A stretch of DNA of 64,000 nucleotides from Camelus ferus (GCF_009834535.1 NC_045696.1:84756001-84820000), one strand, 5' to 3'; shown: positions 12,601 through 26,761, counted from the stretch's first letter. Notes: a model not told the origin generated them from the letters alone. Numbers and translations are program-made.

Positions 12601-15424
12601 GATGGTATTAGAGAAAATAGGCATTTCATACTCAGTGTCACTATTTCGCCCACATGCATCTTCGTGCAATAAAGATGGTACTATATTTTTTATTTACTTT
12701 AATATTTACATTTTACTGATTTAGTACACAATTTGGATCAACAATTCTTTAATTTTCAAAACTATTTCTTTTGTCTGCATATTTCTCAATATAGCTACAT
12801 AGATACATCAACTTTAAATATTTTTCCATAGTATATAGATATGTAATTATGGCCATGTGTATATTTCTAAGTAAAAAGAAATATATTGAGTAGTGAATAA
12901 TAAGATCATGTTAAGACTTTCATGAGAATTTATGACCATAAGCATCATGCTTTTTTTTTTATAATTTTCAAATATATTAGATAATTCATATGAGCCTCTA
13001 GTTTTAAATGCTGAGAAATTGGCTTTGAATTATTTTAAAGTAGAATATTTTCGGTGTTTCTGTGAGTGAAAATAATAGAGAGAAAGAGAGAGAGAGGAAC
13101 TGAGGCTATTATACATGTATGTTAGTCTCAGAGTACAGTCACCCAATGTAATTAATTATTCAGATAGAAAAAGTCAGTTCCCACATACAAGCATGAGTCT
13201 CCTCAGATCTAATCACAACTGTTGTGAAAGTCTGTAACAGACAGAACTCTAATCTGTCATTTCATTACACTAAGAGAAAAAAATTCAAGATCCTTTGATT
13301 TTTGAATATGTGAATAATAAAATATCACTCACAAAATTGTATTTTCTTCAACACTGTATTCTCTTATCCAGTCCCCCCTTTCCCTTTCCATATCCTTACT
13401 CATAATGCTGCATTCCCAATTAAAAGTAACCATAATTTGTAGCAGGAAAAAGCTTTTTTGTAAAGTATCCACTTATTGAGAATAGATAAAAAATTAATAC
13501 GATTTGTTGCTGCTTTTGTCATTGGAAGGGGTCATATCTGAAATTATAGGACTCTTCAGTATTGTCATAAATTTGTTGGAAATCTGATCATATTTTATTA
13601 TTTCTTTTCAGTGACAAGTTCTAAATATTTATGATTTGCATTTTATCCCCCTTACACTGTTTGGAAATGTGATATTTCAGACACCACGGGAATTTTTCAT
13701 TAAAAGAAAATGTTAAACGGGAAAAATGACAAGTATTTACCACAAAGCCAAGTCAGGATACTGGGATTGTGGCTTTAATTTAAAAAAAAAAAAATGTGAT
13801 TTTCATGAGATTGACAAGTTTGTTTGGATTTAAAATGTCCTTTGCCAAATAATGACAGTAACATGTTTGAAAAATGCATATATTTTTATATACACAAAAT
13901 AATTGTTGCTTATAAAGATTAGTAGATAGTATTTTAAATAATTATAAATCTCATAGGTTTTCCAAGGGGTTACTTTCTAATATCTTTAAATCATAATGTC
14001 AATAAGGTTTTCCTATTAATTATATCTTAACTTTTCTTATAAAATAATATAAAATAATGTAATAAGTGATAATGCAACTTGATTCTTTGCCATAATGGGT
14101 AGACCTCATATTTTATTTAATAACATGTAAATTACTACACATCTATTATTAAAAGATTGTAGTCTTGAGATAGCATTAAATATTATTGCCCTGTCCTTTT
14201 TGAGATCAATAGTGGATTATCATTAAATTTTATATCAAATAAATAAGATGCCATTTCATGAATTAGTGAAACATCATAAATACATGAACTTTGCTTAGTT
14301 ACTTAAGAACCCATCAAGTGTTAATGATTACATAGTAAAATTTTTGAATGAATTGAAGTATCTCTTTTTCTTCTTCTCTTCCCAATATATCTGTCTTAAT
14401 TTATAACATATAACATATTAATGACTTAGTCATAAGGAAACAATTACTGAACACACACTTTAAGAAAATTCTGATAATTTGAAATTTATTTATACTGGCT
14501 GCCAAAGAAGCTGACTTCCAAAAGAGGAAACAGGAGGAATGCGACACATATTTTGCCTATAAGAAAAAAACATTCATAAACAAAACTTTCTTTGTTTCTT
14601 ATTTAAATGTATATTTTACAAAGCTTCTTTCTCCAGTCTTTGCAGCCTTTAACAATAGGATTAAATCATGGCGCTTTAACCTATTATCTCATGTATGCAG
14701 ATTCTCTGCCATGCTAGCCCTTCAGCTATGTGAAAAGGAAGGCAGGGTGTGAGAGAATAGAAGCCAAACAGAATGAGTGCAACCCCAGCACAGGGGACTC
14801 AGGTGATATTTTCTGTTGGAATCCTGGGAACCCACACCAAAATGGTGTAATTTTAGCACAGTAGGAACAGAAGCAGGGTACAAGTGGGCAGAGATTGGTT
14901 CAGAGATTGTGGAACCTCACCTTTCCTCAAGTCCTAAGTGGCACGTAAGGGATTCAAAGGTTCAAGGGAGAAAAGTGAAACATAGCTGATATCTGGGAGG
15001 GAGAGCTGACCTTCAAAAGATGGTGTAGTTAAGAGAAAAGACCTTGAATTAGAATCTGTGGAGTGTATACTTTAGCCAAGGACCATGTACAGGACTTAGC
15101 TAAGAGTCTGGTATTTGCAGAACCAGGAAGTGGAAGGAATAGACCGGCAGATGGAGGGTCCTGACTACATTCAGATAAGAGACCATAAATTAGCTGTGAA
15201 CAGCTTTTACTAAAAGAAGCAATGGTAGAAAGCATTGATATGAGTCCAGGAAAGAGGAGTTTCCTCACAATGGAGTGAGCAGGCAACAGAAAAAGATTGT
15301 ATAAATGATCAATCACTCTTTGCGCCATAAGGATATATACAATTTTAGTCTCTAGATGCCAGCATGGTATGCCTTAGATCCTTGGGATACCTCTGGATTT
15401 TGGGATTCTTGTCTTTTAACAACA

Positions 15425-15840
15425 ACAACAAAATATTTCAGTCACTGTCTTTTTGAGCATCTCTTCTCTCCCATTCTCTGTATCTTTGTTTAAATTTGAT
15501 TAGGAATATGTTCAACTATCTCATAATATCTATCATACTATTTAACCTTCTTTCATGCTTTCCATCTACCTAAACTGTATTCAGTATAATTTATTTTATC
15601 TATTTTACAGTTTACTTATTATTTCTTTAGCTGTTTAATCTGCTGGCTAATCCATCACAGGGCTTGAAATTTGAACTACACTATTACATTTTCCTTTCAT
15701 TATACTTTGTTTCAAATATTCTTCTCCCAAGCTCACAATTTTAATCTTATCTTCTAATGCATCAAATATTTATTTTATATTTAATTAAGATAACTGCAAT
15801 GGCTGAAGTTATTTTGGATCTGTTTCTGCTGTTGCAGTGA
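15425..15840 (-). mobile_element. Ancient L1M/HAL1 relic (antisense)
   Basis: TTTCAGTCACTGTCTTTTTGAGCATCTCTTCTCTCCCATTCTCT..TATGTT pattern of antisense old L1 ORF1. Confidence 0.45.
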
Positions 15841-18506
15841 ATTAGGTACCTTAGGAGGTTTAGGATATAAAATTTACTGTTTGTCCAACATATTGTAAGT
15901 GCAACGGTGAGTAAATCTGTATCATATTGACCCTTTCTTTGATTTTACTGTTTCTCTCTTTTGTTCCTATCAAGATCTATTTCTTTTTTCTTGACCCTCA
16001 TTCATTCTGACCTTTCCTTTATTTTGACTTCCTTGTTTTTTTCTTTTTTTATCCCTCACTCCTTCCATCCTTCTCATTCCTCATACTTTACCTGTCTCTT
16101 CATTAGAACCATCATCTCCTTTCATATGTCTGTACCTGTGATTTAAGGACAAATTACAAAATGTTAAAAGTGAATCAAGTAAATTACCTGCAGGTCTGTA
16201 ATTGTTAGAAGAGGGCATAGCTCAGTGTGACCACATGAGTAGAGCCATATGTGTCTTTTTAGCATCACTATGGTCTGTCACTGGCTTTCTCTGTATCCTG
16301 AAAAAAATAACTAATCTTAATATTCTGGGTCCCTCACTCAATAATAATCATATAACTGGTACTTATGGAAATAAAAGTTGTCTGGTATTGAGTTTTTCTA
16401 GATTCTAACAATAGATTAATACAAATTAATAGAAGGCATATCCTTATTCATATACGTATTGATGTTATCACCTTAGCATTACTCTAATATTGACACAAAT
16501 TACTAAGTGAAAATGATTCAAAATTTCTGGAAATATTAAGGATACATAATATTATTATATAATTTTTACTCTTTATAATGCTGCAGATGAGAGGTATTTT
16601 TCCAGAATTTTAGTGATAGGGAGCTTTTCTCCTAAAGAACCGGCACTTATCTTTTCCAACAACGACAGCTAGATATCTGCTTATGTTCTCCTTTTGTGTC
16701 TTGTTCTCTATGAAACTCTGGGACATTTGAAGCTCATGCATAAAAAGGGTGTTAAGATGCATGTTTGGTGCATTTGCTGTTTTCTTCTTTGACTATGATT
16801 TTCTATTTTTGTTTTACCATTTCATTTTCTATGATTTTTATGGTAAGCTATCAGCTTTGAAACTTTTGCATGAAGAGAGAAAAATACATATATAAATACA
16901 AAATGACTTGTAAACGAGAGAGTCGGCAAATAATTCAGAAGGTTCTACAAAGTCTAGTTATCCTATATGAATTTGACATTTTTATTATGACAAAAAATAT
17001 TATTCCTCATGCTCTTTTTTTTTGGATCAGAGATTGATATTAGCTGAACAATCTAATGGCAAATCAAATTACGTTTTCACCTGTGTTATCAACACGGAAA
17101 TTAACTAAAATTTCAAAAATATAACATAATCTGTATTTTGATTATAACAAATTTTCCTAGACTTAAATTACAGAACTATTTCAATATAGAATAAAAAATG
17201 AACAATATATGAATGCAAAATAATCTTAGAGATGAATATATATAAAAGTCCTTTTTTTGTCCAAATAAAACTTGTCCTTTTCACTTTAGCCAGAATGTGA
17301 CTGACATTATAGAAAATCATCTTATTCAGACAAAGAAATATTGTTAACTATATATGGATGAGGTGGGGAGGTTTTATTTGAGGAAACTGTTATTTAATTT
17401 ATAGGAATATGGTTTTCCCATGTCCTATCACATCTTGTACTAGATGTAAGATCAAGTTTAATAAATACTCTTTAGAAATAAAAGAATATATATACATATA
17501 CATTTGTTTTATAAAAAATAAGGTATAGGTTTTCTCTACTAAAATCTAATTAGCCATCTCTAGTGTGATAGAATGAGGGAATTAAATCCAAGGCTTCCAG
17601 AGAAAGCTATCAAATTAATGGATTAATGGAGCCTACCTAATTCATTCAGGTTTTCTGACATGTTTGTTTTTTCACTTGGTTTCTACACTTTTCATTTTAT
17701 ACCACCCTATTTAAGAAACATTCCACTTTTGAATCTATAAAATTGAACTATATTTATAATACAGTAAGCTCATTTAAGCTATTTGAGCTATAGCTCATAC
17801 AATTTTCTCTATTAACTACGGTATTCCAAATTTGTTTATTTTCTATTCTTAAAATCGGTTATTCATTTATGTTGATTTATATAATTTATCTATCAATATT
17901 ATAGATAATTAAAGAATAACCAATGGGAACTTCTTTAATTAAAGAGAACTTACTTTCTGCCAAAGAAGGAAGAGCATTACAGAAACTAATCTCTCAAAAA
18001 GCTTGGCATACAAAATATCAGTCAGCATTCCATGTTTCAATTCTCAAGATATTCCTAATTTCTACCAAAAAGTGATTAACTAGTTCATATAAATCATTTC
18101 CAACAAATTAAATTTATGTCCCTGGAGGATGAAAACAAACCATTATTTAAACATAAAATTGTAATATGAAGGTATTATTTAACTTCTATTAATCTGGTCT
18201 TCTGAAGAATTCAACTTTCAGTCTAAATTCTACTTGTCCTCTGATTAAAGATCAGTAGATAGATTAAACATATGTCTTGGGGAATCATTGTCTTCTTTAA
18301 GGAAGGGGGAAAATTCTACTGGAGCAAAGTATTTGCCGATTTAAATTCACCAGTGCTTACCAATTCTGATTTTTTTTGCATACATTCTAGAATTGTGGAT
18401 CAGTACATTTGTGTGTATGTGTGAGCATTTAAACTTCTAAGATAAATAAAATAGATTCTTCAAGGTTAATGCACCTGAACCAAGAAGAAAACTTTTATTA
18501 TAATCC

Positions 18507-20460
18507 TGTATGGTAGCCATGCAGGTGTTCAACTCAAATCTTTCATTGTCTCTATAGAGACCCAGAGATGACTAAATTCCCAGCCAAGGAAGGTCTCTTA
18601 CCTAATACAGGAAAACAAGGAAAAAAGACAACAAGGTGAGTTTCCTTGATCATTGGGCCCCTCAGACTTCTCTGAACACTCAGCATCTGGAGAGGGGGCC
18701 AATCTAATGCATTAAGAACTCGCACTTCCCTTGCTTGAGGAGATACTGCAGTCTAATAGGCATCCCCCTCAGGAGCTGTCCCAGGCTGATAATTATAGTT
18801 AAATCTCAGCATAACCTAACTGCAAATGCTAACTTTGATAAAGGAGGAAAGAGACTACAACCCAAAGGAGCTGCAAAAATCAGCTAGAATGTAACAACTA
18901 GATCCAAGGGAGTACTCCTGATACTGGATTTTGTCCCTAGCAACACCACGTTTTATTAACCAACTCATCAACTTCCCATCAATAAAGCCCCCTTGGCTGT
19001 TCCTCTGACCTTGCGGATTTTTACAGTGGTTAAGCAGCACCGCTAGCCTCTACTGTTGTATTATATCCCTCTACTGGGATATAAGCTAAATAAGCAAGAA
19101 TTAATTGATTTAAGGTCCCTTTTATGAAACACAAGATTTAACTCCCAGACAAGGACCCTAGAAATTATGCTATCTAGCTGCTAGGGTGGTGCTTTAAAAC
19201 CTAGAGAAAGTAATGACTCCTCGTGAGGTTGAAGTGTCTGAGTTACCTTGTCAGATGCTAGATACAGGAATAAAAAGGGGGCATGTGGGCAAAAATGATT
19301 ATGTAATGTAAGACCAGAGGCCCTACAAAAGAACACGTTCCACGGGAAGGCCGTGGAACCTTTAGCCAAATACTTAACAACTGCTGTGGTGAGAGGGACA
19401 CAAGCACCACCGAGAGGAGGCTGCACAGGCTGCAGCTGATGGTAGAAGGCGTAGCCACAGAGTTTGTTTGCTAATAAAAAGTAAATAATGGGTCTTCAGA
19501 GCAATAGGGGCCAGCCGGGTGTTGCTGCTTAACCACCTGACGCCAAAGAGCTCAAAATTGCTGAAAAGACGATCAAGGTCAGGGAACAATAAAGGAGACA
19601 CCGAGAGTGAGTTGATAAGTTAGATAACAGAACATGATGTTGCTGGGGCCAAACAGGCAGAGAATGAAGATGCTGTTCAATATCTGTAATCAGAAGAAAG
19701 CATGAACGGAAGAGCAGGAATTTGAAGGTGGTTTCCCCAACAAAACCTTACGATCCCTTTCTTAGTTCCCAGACATGAACCAGTTTTCGGATCTAGAACT
19801 CACTGACTTAAGTCAACGTGTACTCCAATGAATCCCCCAGTTCTTCCCCAAAAGCCTATAGATATTTGCTCAGGTGACTTGCCAGGGTATGACATAGCAA
19901 GGGTCCTACAGAAATGTATATCACAGATGCCATCTGGAGACCAGTAGGTGAGAAGAGTCACCCTTTTGGCAGGAATAACTGACTCTGATCCACAAGAGAC
20001 GCCTACTGTTTTGACACAGTGGAAGCCAGAAAGTCTAGAACCCCAGTGATTCCCCTGTGTACCACTTGATTCTCTCTTGCCTAACAGTTACAGTGAGTAG
20101 ACAAATGCAGCAACCCTGGCCTTCAGAAGCATAGTATTAACTAAGGCTCAGAGGATTCGTGAATAAAAGTTTGGGTCACATTACCAGGAAAGTAATAAAG
20201 ATCTACAGAGGTGACAGCTCTGGATAAAGGGAATTTGAAATGAATAGTGCTGGCAAGAGGATGACTAACAGTTGTAGCCCTAAAATCAGCACTAATGGCA
20301 CGAGCTATAATTTGCCCAACTACCTTCTCTCTTCTAAGTTTCTCCTCATAAGAGAGGCTTACAGGAAACCTGGAGAAATCACTGCCAGAAAAAAAAGAAA
20401 AGAAAATATATATATATATGGAGAGAAGATTGGTGCAGCTTAAGAAGTATAAGAAGTCAG
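18507..20460 (+). mobile_element. ERV-L (class III, ERV3-16A3/LTR16-type) internal relic: 5' LTR stub, gag, dUTPase remnant; most of pol deleted
   Basis: 18844 on translates EERDYNPKELQKSARM*QLDPREYS*YWIL; about 19083 KLNKQELIDLRSLL*NTRFN; about 19765 FPDMNQFSDLE (all ERV-L gag-like); 19957 VTLLAGITDSD resembles ERV-L dUTPase VTVLAGVIDPD. 18507-18545 resembles the LTR16 start. Confidence 0.85.
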
Positions 20461-20461
20461 C

Positions 20462-20843
20462 TATACAGGCTAATGAAGTTGGCCACTCAGATCTTCCGTC
20501 AAGTGAGAAACTGCTCTGAGAACTATAGACAACAGCCTCCAGCTTCTACTCCTTTTGAATTTATTGCAGCACCAAGGCCATATTCACTCAGGGCTGCTCC
20601 CAGCTGATGCCTGAGCATGGCGAAGGTACTGGAAGTACCATAACTGAGGTCTGAAGTGCTTCCTACTATCTACTCTCCCTTTCTTCCCCTTCTTTCACAG
20701 CTATCAGATATTCATTGGAAGCTTTTTCCAGCCAACCCCTGATCCTTCTCCTCTTCAGCTTTCCTAGACATTAACCTCAGTAAATCCCATTCATGTTCAA
20801 TTCTCTCTGTGCTTCTACTTCCTATAGGACCCAGCAGGGCACA
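20462..20843 (+). mobile_element. 3' LTR of the ERV-L (LTR16B-like)
   Basis: CCACTCAGATCT near the start, GGTCTGAAG..CTTTCACAG, degenerate polyA signal AGTAAA, ends GGACCCAGCAGGGCACA. Confidence 0.8.
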
Positions 20844-23800
20844 CTAACTCCATCATTCTACTAACTCTTGCACCCAGAGGAAACGAAATAAGACCAACAG
20901 TGCTAATGGTACTCTAGTTCAATTACAGTCACTTCATCTCAAGGTACATACTATGATATGGCAGATAAAATCACCGACCATTGTCATACATATACACACA
21001 TAAATGAGTGAAATAAGGCCTTTATCTTCAAGAAACATTAGAGTCTATCTGGAGAAATGTTCACATGCCAAATTACTAAAATCACATTCATGCAGTGATA
21101 AGAACAGGTCTTAAAGGAAACGTATCAAAGTACTTTGGGAGGAGAGAAGCTTAAAACACTTGTGACTGGAAATCTCTGGGAGGATTTTCAAGCGAAAGCT
21201 TCTAGCACTGATCCACTTGTGGTACACTGTATTTTCCAAAAATGACTATAAGATTAAATAGCTGTTTCACCATTTTTTTTCCATCAGAGATTTTGCATCC
21301 AATAATTCACTTTATTTCTTAGAACAAAATCATCAATCTCTTTTTAATTATAGCTACTCTGCTATGTTTATCCAATTAACAGCAAATATTTTCTTCAGTG
21401 ATAGGCCATTCAAGGTATTTCTTCTGGATAATTCAAGATCGTTAAAAGAGAAATGTCCAAGTCCTGGTCAACATGACTCAAGATCACAGTGAGAAAATAT
21501 ATTTAACTATCATCCACCTGTGGTCACACCATCTTCTGAACTGAATGTTAAAATCAGTTGCACATTGGATTTTACAATCAATTTTATTCATTAATTCTAC
21601 TAATTTAGGCACCCTCCACCCAAAATTCACCTTGCCTGACATACATTGCCTATGCCCTAAATAATACCATCACTTTCATCTCTGCATCTAGTTCAATTTT
21701 ATTACCTAAAAGAATATTTCCAAATATTATTATACTCTACTTTGAATTATTTTAAATCAACTTAATTCTAGTAAATGTCCAAGGCAAAACAAAAGACACA
21801 ACTATTTAAATGTTAATCAAGAATTTCAGTATTACAACTGATTCAACAAGCTTGTAAGACCCTCAAAATGTATTCATTTAGTATTTTCCCTAATGTTTTC
21901 TAATCATCTCTTCATAATTTACTATTAATTCAGCAAGAACATTTTATTAAGCACATGCTGTAAGCCATGAACTCTGCTAGATGCTCTGACAACTCAATTC
22001 ACGACACAGAGTATATCTCAATTATGTATTGCTCTATCATTTACAGCTACTCAGATTTATGCTTAGTGTGTTCATTTTAGCTCCACTCCTTACTAGAAAA
22101 ACAAGCATTTGCACGGACAATACATTTTACCATGTATTTATTTCTATTAGTTATTTCTTGCAATTCAGTATTAAATAATTAAAATAGAAGCAAGACTATT
22201 TGCATTTGTATTAGTAAATTGATCGAGGTATGGCAATAGGCTCAAGAGGCAAATTCCACATTATTATCTTAAAAATCTATGAACATGACAAATTTCTTGA
22301 ATTAAATATATAAATGTGTTTACTATCATGACAGAATACAAAAATGGAAGAAAGTTGACATTTTTTAAATTTATTTTTTTATTCACTTTCCAATTGCTTT
22401 GTCAAATACTTGAAAGCTCTTGATTCTTGCTGAAGTCATCAACATAAAATTAATACCAATAGGTGTTTTATTTGATTCAAAATAACTAAAATTTCCTTCT
22501 AATTTCATTCTCTACATTGAAGCTATGACAATGAATACATATTTTGGAGGATTTCCCCATTCTGAGATTTTATGTCATAAGAAAATAAATTGTGGTATCA
22601 AAATAATTACTTACAGTGATACTCTCTATGATAATTTCTAATTCTGTCAGCCTGCTAGTATAGTATGGTATTACACATATGTTATATTTTGCATAAGGTG
22701 AGGATATCACAATATGAAATCATCAACGATAGCAAATATAAATTGGCATATATGAAATTTCTAAGCAGAAAAAGCTTTAGGTGCAAATCGATGAAGTAGA
22801 GACAATTATTCCACCTTTATTTTAGCTTCTGGAATAGAAATATTACATATATACATATCTCTACACACATAAAAACCTTTTTATTTTTCAAGGACAGAAG
22901 AATAAGATATAAATAACTGTCTAACTCAATGACTCATAGTGAACACAAATTAAATTACTATGATATAAGAATAAGAATACTCTATGCAAGGTCTGGGACC
23001 CAACTCAAAAAATAAAAGTACTATTCTGTATCATGGATATGAAGGTTATTATTCTCAGTTGATAGAAGGTAATTCAATATGCCCCCAAATTTCAGCAGTG
23101 CCAAGAAGTCAAAGAGGTTAACTATAAAACCGTTAGTGGGGAATGGTGATCAGTTAACTTAAATATCAAATTAAGATACCATTTGCATTTCATTTAGGAA
23201 AATGCATTTATCACTGCTGCTAAGGTATAGTTTATTGGGTGTTACAGACTGAAAAAAAGAGACTCAAGATTTAATGTATATTCATACTGTAGAGTGATTT
23301 CCTATTGCAAATGATTGGAACACACTTCTGGCATCCTAATGTTCCTGTGCTGATGGGCTCTTCTGTTGTTCAACGTGTCTAAAGCAATAAAATCAGCTTG
23401 TAAGCTTTGCCTCAGCTGCTGAGCACTGCATGCATTCAGGTCATTACGGTGGCAGGGATGCTCAGTTGGGAAAATGGTATATAAATAACTGATAACATGA
23501 GCAGAGTCTGATTAATCCTTACTGGCCAGTGACTATTTTTAGGATCCTCTTGCATTTGAAAGGATTTATTCTTCCAAGGGATTGAAAGTAAGAGCATAAA
23601 TGCTAACTCCATTCTGACAGCACAAGAGGAGTTCTTAGAAAACAATTATTTTAGAAATGAGTTCTGAAAAGCAGAACATTTTTAAAGTATACTCACTTAT
23701 GTAGTTTTTAAGTACATATACACTATGTTTTGAGCACTATTACTATGAGAATATTTTATACAAGTACCCTGAAAATGTAAATCTCAGGGAAAGATAACAG

Positions 23801-23956
23801 TTGTTTTGCATTAGTATTATGTATTATCTCTCAGTGATATCTTTTTGGTGCATTCTCTGCAATTCATTTTATTTTATTTCATTCCATCATTTTTAAAATT
23901 ACTTCTACCTGGCTCTATCTCATTCTCGCCTTCCTGTCTTTTTTTTTGTCTCTGGC

Positions 23957-23996
23957 TCTGTCTGTCTGTCTGTCTGCCTCTCTCTCTCTCTCACAC

Positions 23997-24027
<31 letters not shown>

Positions 24028-24030
24028 TAC
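23957..24030. repeat. Compound microsatellite (TCTG)n(TC)n(CA)n
   Basis: Read directly from sequence. Confidence 0.95.
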
Positions 24031-24559
24031 ACTATCCATATAAAGATATACAACAATTTTTGCCAAATAAGGTACAACTTAAAGAGGTGTACACATATAC
24101 TCAAGCGTCTGATATTTGGGACATTCATATAATTACATTTCGAGTTATACAAAGCAACATTATTAAGCTTCCAAAGCAATTAAGTATTTTATTAATAATA
24201 ATAAAGAGAAACAAGCTTATATTGTCAACTAATAGCATACATTTTCATATCAGCTATGACTACATATTTTAAAGTTTACATTACCTCATGGCCAACCACA
24301 AAACATCTGATCGAGCTACACCTGTCAATTATTTGTATCTTTTGCTGTGCTGGAAGGATCTAATATTTGATAAATAATATCATAAGTTCTTTCAGGCACT
24401 TAATTTAGATTTGTAAGTACATTACCATAAATATCATGTGTATATGTCCTAACATAATTAATTGTTATTTTAATACCAATATGATAGGTTCATTGGTGCT
24501 TTATTCTAGCCAGTCTTTAGGTGACCAATAATACTGACTATTACTACTTCTCCAGGTAC

Positions 24560-24800
24560 TAGCCACCAATTTTTGAGTATCTATAAGAGAAGCTATTCCA
24601 GGTATTCATGTTTATGATTTATAATTGTCAGACCTACTGTGAATGTTACATAATATTATCCCAATTATACAAACAACAAAGGCATTACAGTTGAAAGGTA
24701 ATAGCTTGACCTGTACAACAGAATTATCAAGTTAGTGAGCTAGGATTGTACTCTAAGTCTGTATGGTTCCAAAGCCATGTTATTTCACACTTATGCTACC
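24560..24800 (-). mobile_element. MIR SINE relic
   Basis: ATTATCCCAATTATACA..GAGCTAGGATTGTACTCTAAGTCTG..TCCAAAGCC, antisense MIR. Confidence 0.65.
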
Positions 24801-25834
24801 TGAGGTTGACTTAATTTCATTCCTGTTTTTAAATATTTTTGCAATCTATCTGAAATCTAATCACAGTTGGTCATTATCTTTTACCATAGGCAAAATGAAT
24901 GATTGAAAATAGCCACAGTCATTTATAGTGAACATCTGTGACACACGTTACAAAGATGAATGTGAAAAGATCCCTAAAAAAAACACACTTGCAGATTATA
25001 ATAATGAATGTTAATAAACATTTGGGGTTTGTAAATGCTATAAAGAAGTAATTAATTTTAACTTGTGTGATTTAGCAAGTCTTGTAGGAGAAATAGGTCT
25101 GACAAATTAGTAAAACTTGAACACATGGATATGGAGACAAGAAAGGAGAGTGAAGATTTTAAGCAAAGGCACTGAAGTTGAGACATATGAGACTGAAAGC
25201 TGCAAACATGGAGAGAGCATAGTTTTGCTTTCCCAAGATTTTATATATTAAGATTTGTTTGTTGTAAGATATACTGATAATACACCCCACCACCACCATA
25301 ACTTCATCCTTAATTCTTTTCTCTTCCTTCTGAAAATACTTAAGTTGATGAGTTGTAACTGACTAAAATTATAGATTCTATAATATGTAATTTGCTTTTA
25401 TATATATTTAGATTACTTTTATAACAAAACAATAACCCAATTCTACATTTCAAAATTACTTTTATGGCCTATTGAGTGTTATGAATGAAGCTACTTGGAC
25501 ACTGAGAATAATTTGATTTGACAATTACAAATCCCCATATTCTAAGGAAGAATTAAATCTGGCAAGAAATTAAACCTATGAAAGAACATGTATATGTATG
25601 AGCATATTTATTACTTATCTCCTATATGATCTCTCAGCATTTTTAACCTACTTTTAATATATCATTTGGAGAACTGCATTGTAATTATTTATTTTACATG
25701 TTTGTTGCTCCTCCCAAATTCAGTCACTTCTTAATGCAGTTCTACAACTTTTCCTTCTTTAGATTACTAAGATATAATATTTTGTCATACTTTCATCTTT
25801 TTAAAAAGTGTAAGACTAGAGGGAAGCAAAGAAA

Positions 25835-26524
25835 GCCACTGTGTAAAACATAGAGATTCCTCAAAAGACTAGGAATAGACTTACCATATGACCCAGGAAT
25901 CCCGCTCCTGGGCATATATCCAGAAGGAACCTTACTTCAAAATGACACCTGCACCCCAATGTTTATAGCAGCACTATTTACAACAGCCAAGACATGGAAA
26001 CAGCCTAAATGTCCATCAACAGATGACTGGATAAAGAAGAAGTGGTATATTTATATGATGGAATACTATTACAGCCACAAAAACTGACAACATAATGCCA
26101 TTGCAGCAACATGGATGTTCCTGGAGAGTGTCATTCTGAGAGAAGTGAGCCAGAAGGAGAGAGAAAAATACCATATGAGATCACTCATATGTGGAATCTA
26201 AAAACAAAAACAAAAACAAAAACATAAATACAAAACAGAAATAGACTCATAGACATAGATTACAAACTTGTGGTTTCCAAGGGGGTGAGGAGTGGGAAGG
26301 GATAGACTGGGATTTTAAAATGTAGAATACATAAACAAGATTATACTGTATAGCACAGGGAAATATATACAAGATCTTGTGGTAGCTCACAGTGGAAAAA
26401 AAAAATGTGACAATGAATGTATGTATGTTCATGTATAACTGAAAAATTGTGCTCTACACTGGAATTTGACACAACATTGTAAAATGACTATTACTCAATA
26501 AAAAATGTTTAAAATATAAAAAAA
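25835..26524 (+). mobile_element. 5'-truncated young camelid-like LINE-1 (second subfamily): ORF2 end and 3'UTR
   Basis: GACTTACCATATGACCCAGGAATCCCGCTCCTGGGCATATATCC (ORF2 C-terminus), 3'UTR GTATAGCACAGGGAAATATATACAAGATCTTGTGGTAGCTCAC, AATAAA and A-rich tail. The 3'UTR differs from the 4.7-kb copy. Confidence 0.95.
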
Positions 26525-26711
26525 TAAGACTGATCTATATTTGATAATGCCTTGTAAAATTCAGAGAATAACCTTTACTTTAAAAGCAGAAGTGTTGCCA
26601 TATTCCCTACAGAAAGAAAATACACATATGTGTGACTCTGAACCAAAAGTGTCTATTTTATGAGCACTGTCTTATTTATAGTTTAAGAAAGTTCAACAAT
26701 TATTTCAAAAT

Positions 26712-26761
26712 TGACACAACATTGTAAACTAACTATAACTCAATAAAATAAAATTTAAAAA
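26712..26761 (+). mobile_element. Ultra-short LINE-1 3' tip
   Basis: TGACACAACATTGTAAACTAACTATAACTCAATAAAA plus A tail; 14-bp TSD AATTATTTCAAAAT at 26698-26711 and 26762-26775. Confidence 0.9.

Noticed and set aside
14730..15330. GC-richer block as a possible LTR or exon
   Set aside because: I could not identify termini, TSD, family motifs or a coherent exon; left unannotated.
16208..16230. GAGGGCATAGCTCAGTG as a tRNA or tRNA-derived SINE head (A box)
   Set aside because: No B box or cloverleaf follows; more likely a decayed MIR start or chance.
18844..19800. Domesticated gag gene (Fv1-like)
   Set aside because: Multiple stops, frameshifts and an internal inversion leave no intact reading frame.
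23845..24272. Overlapping ORFs with HTHT/SLSL runs
   Set aside because: Translations of the compound microsatellite.
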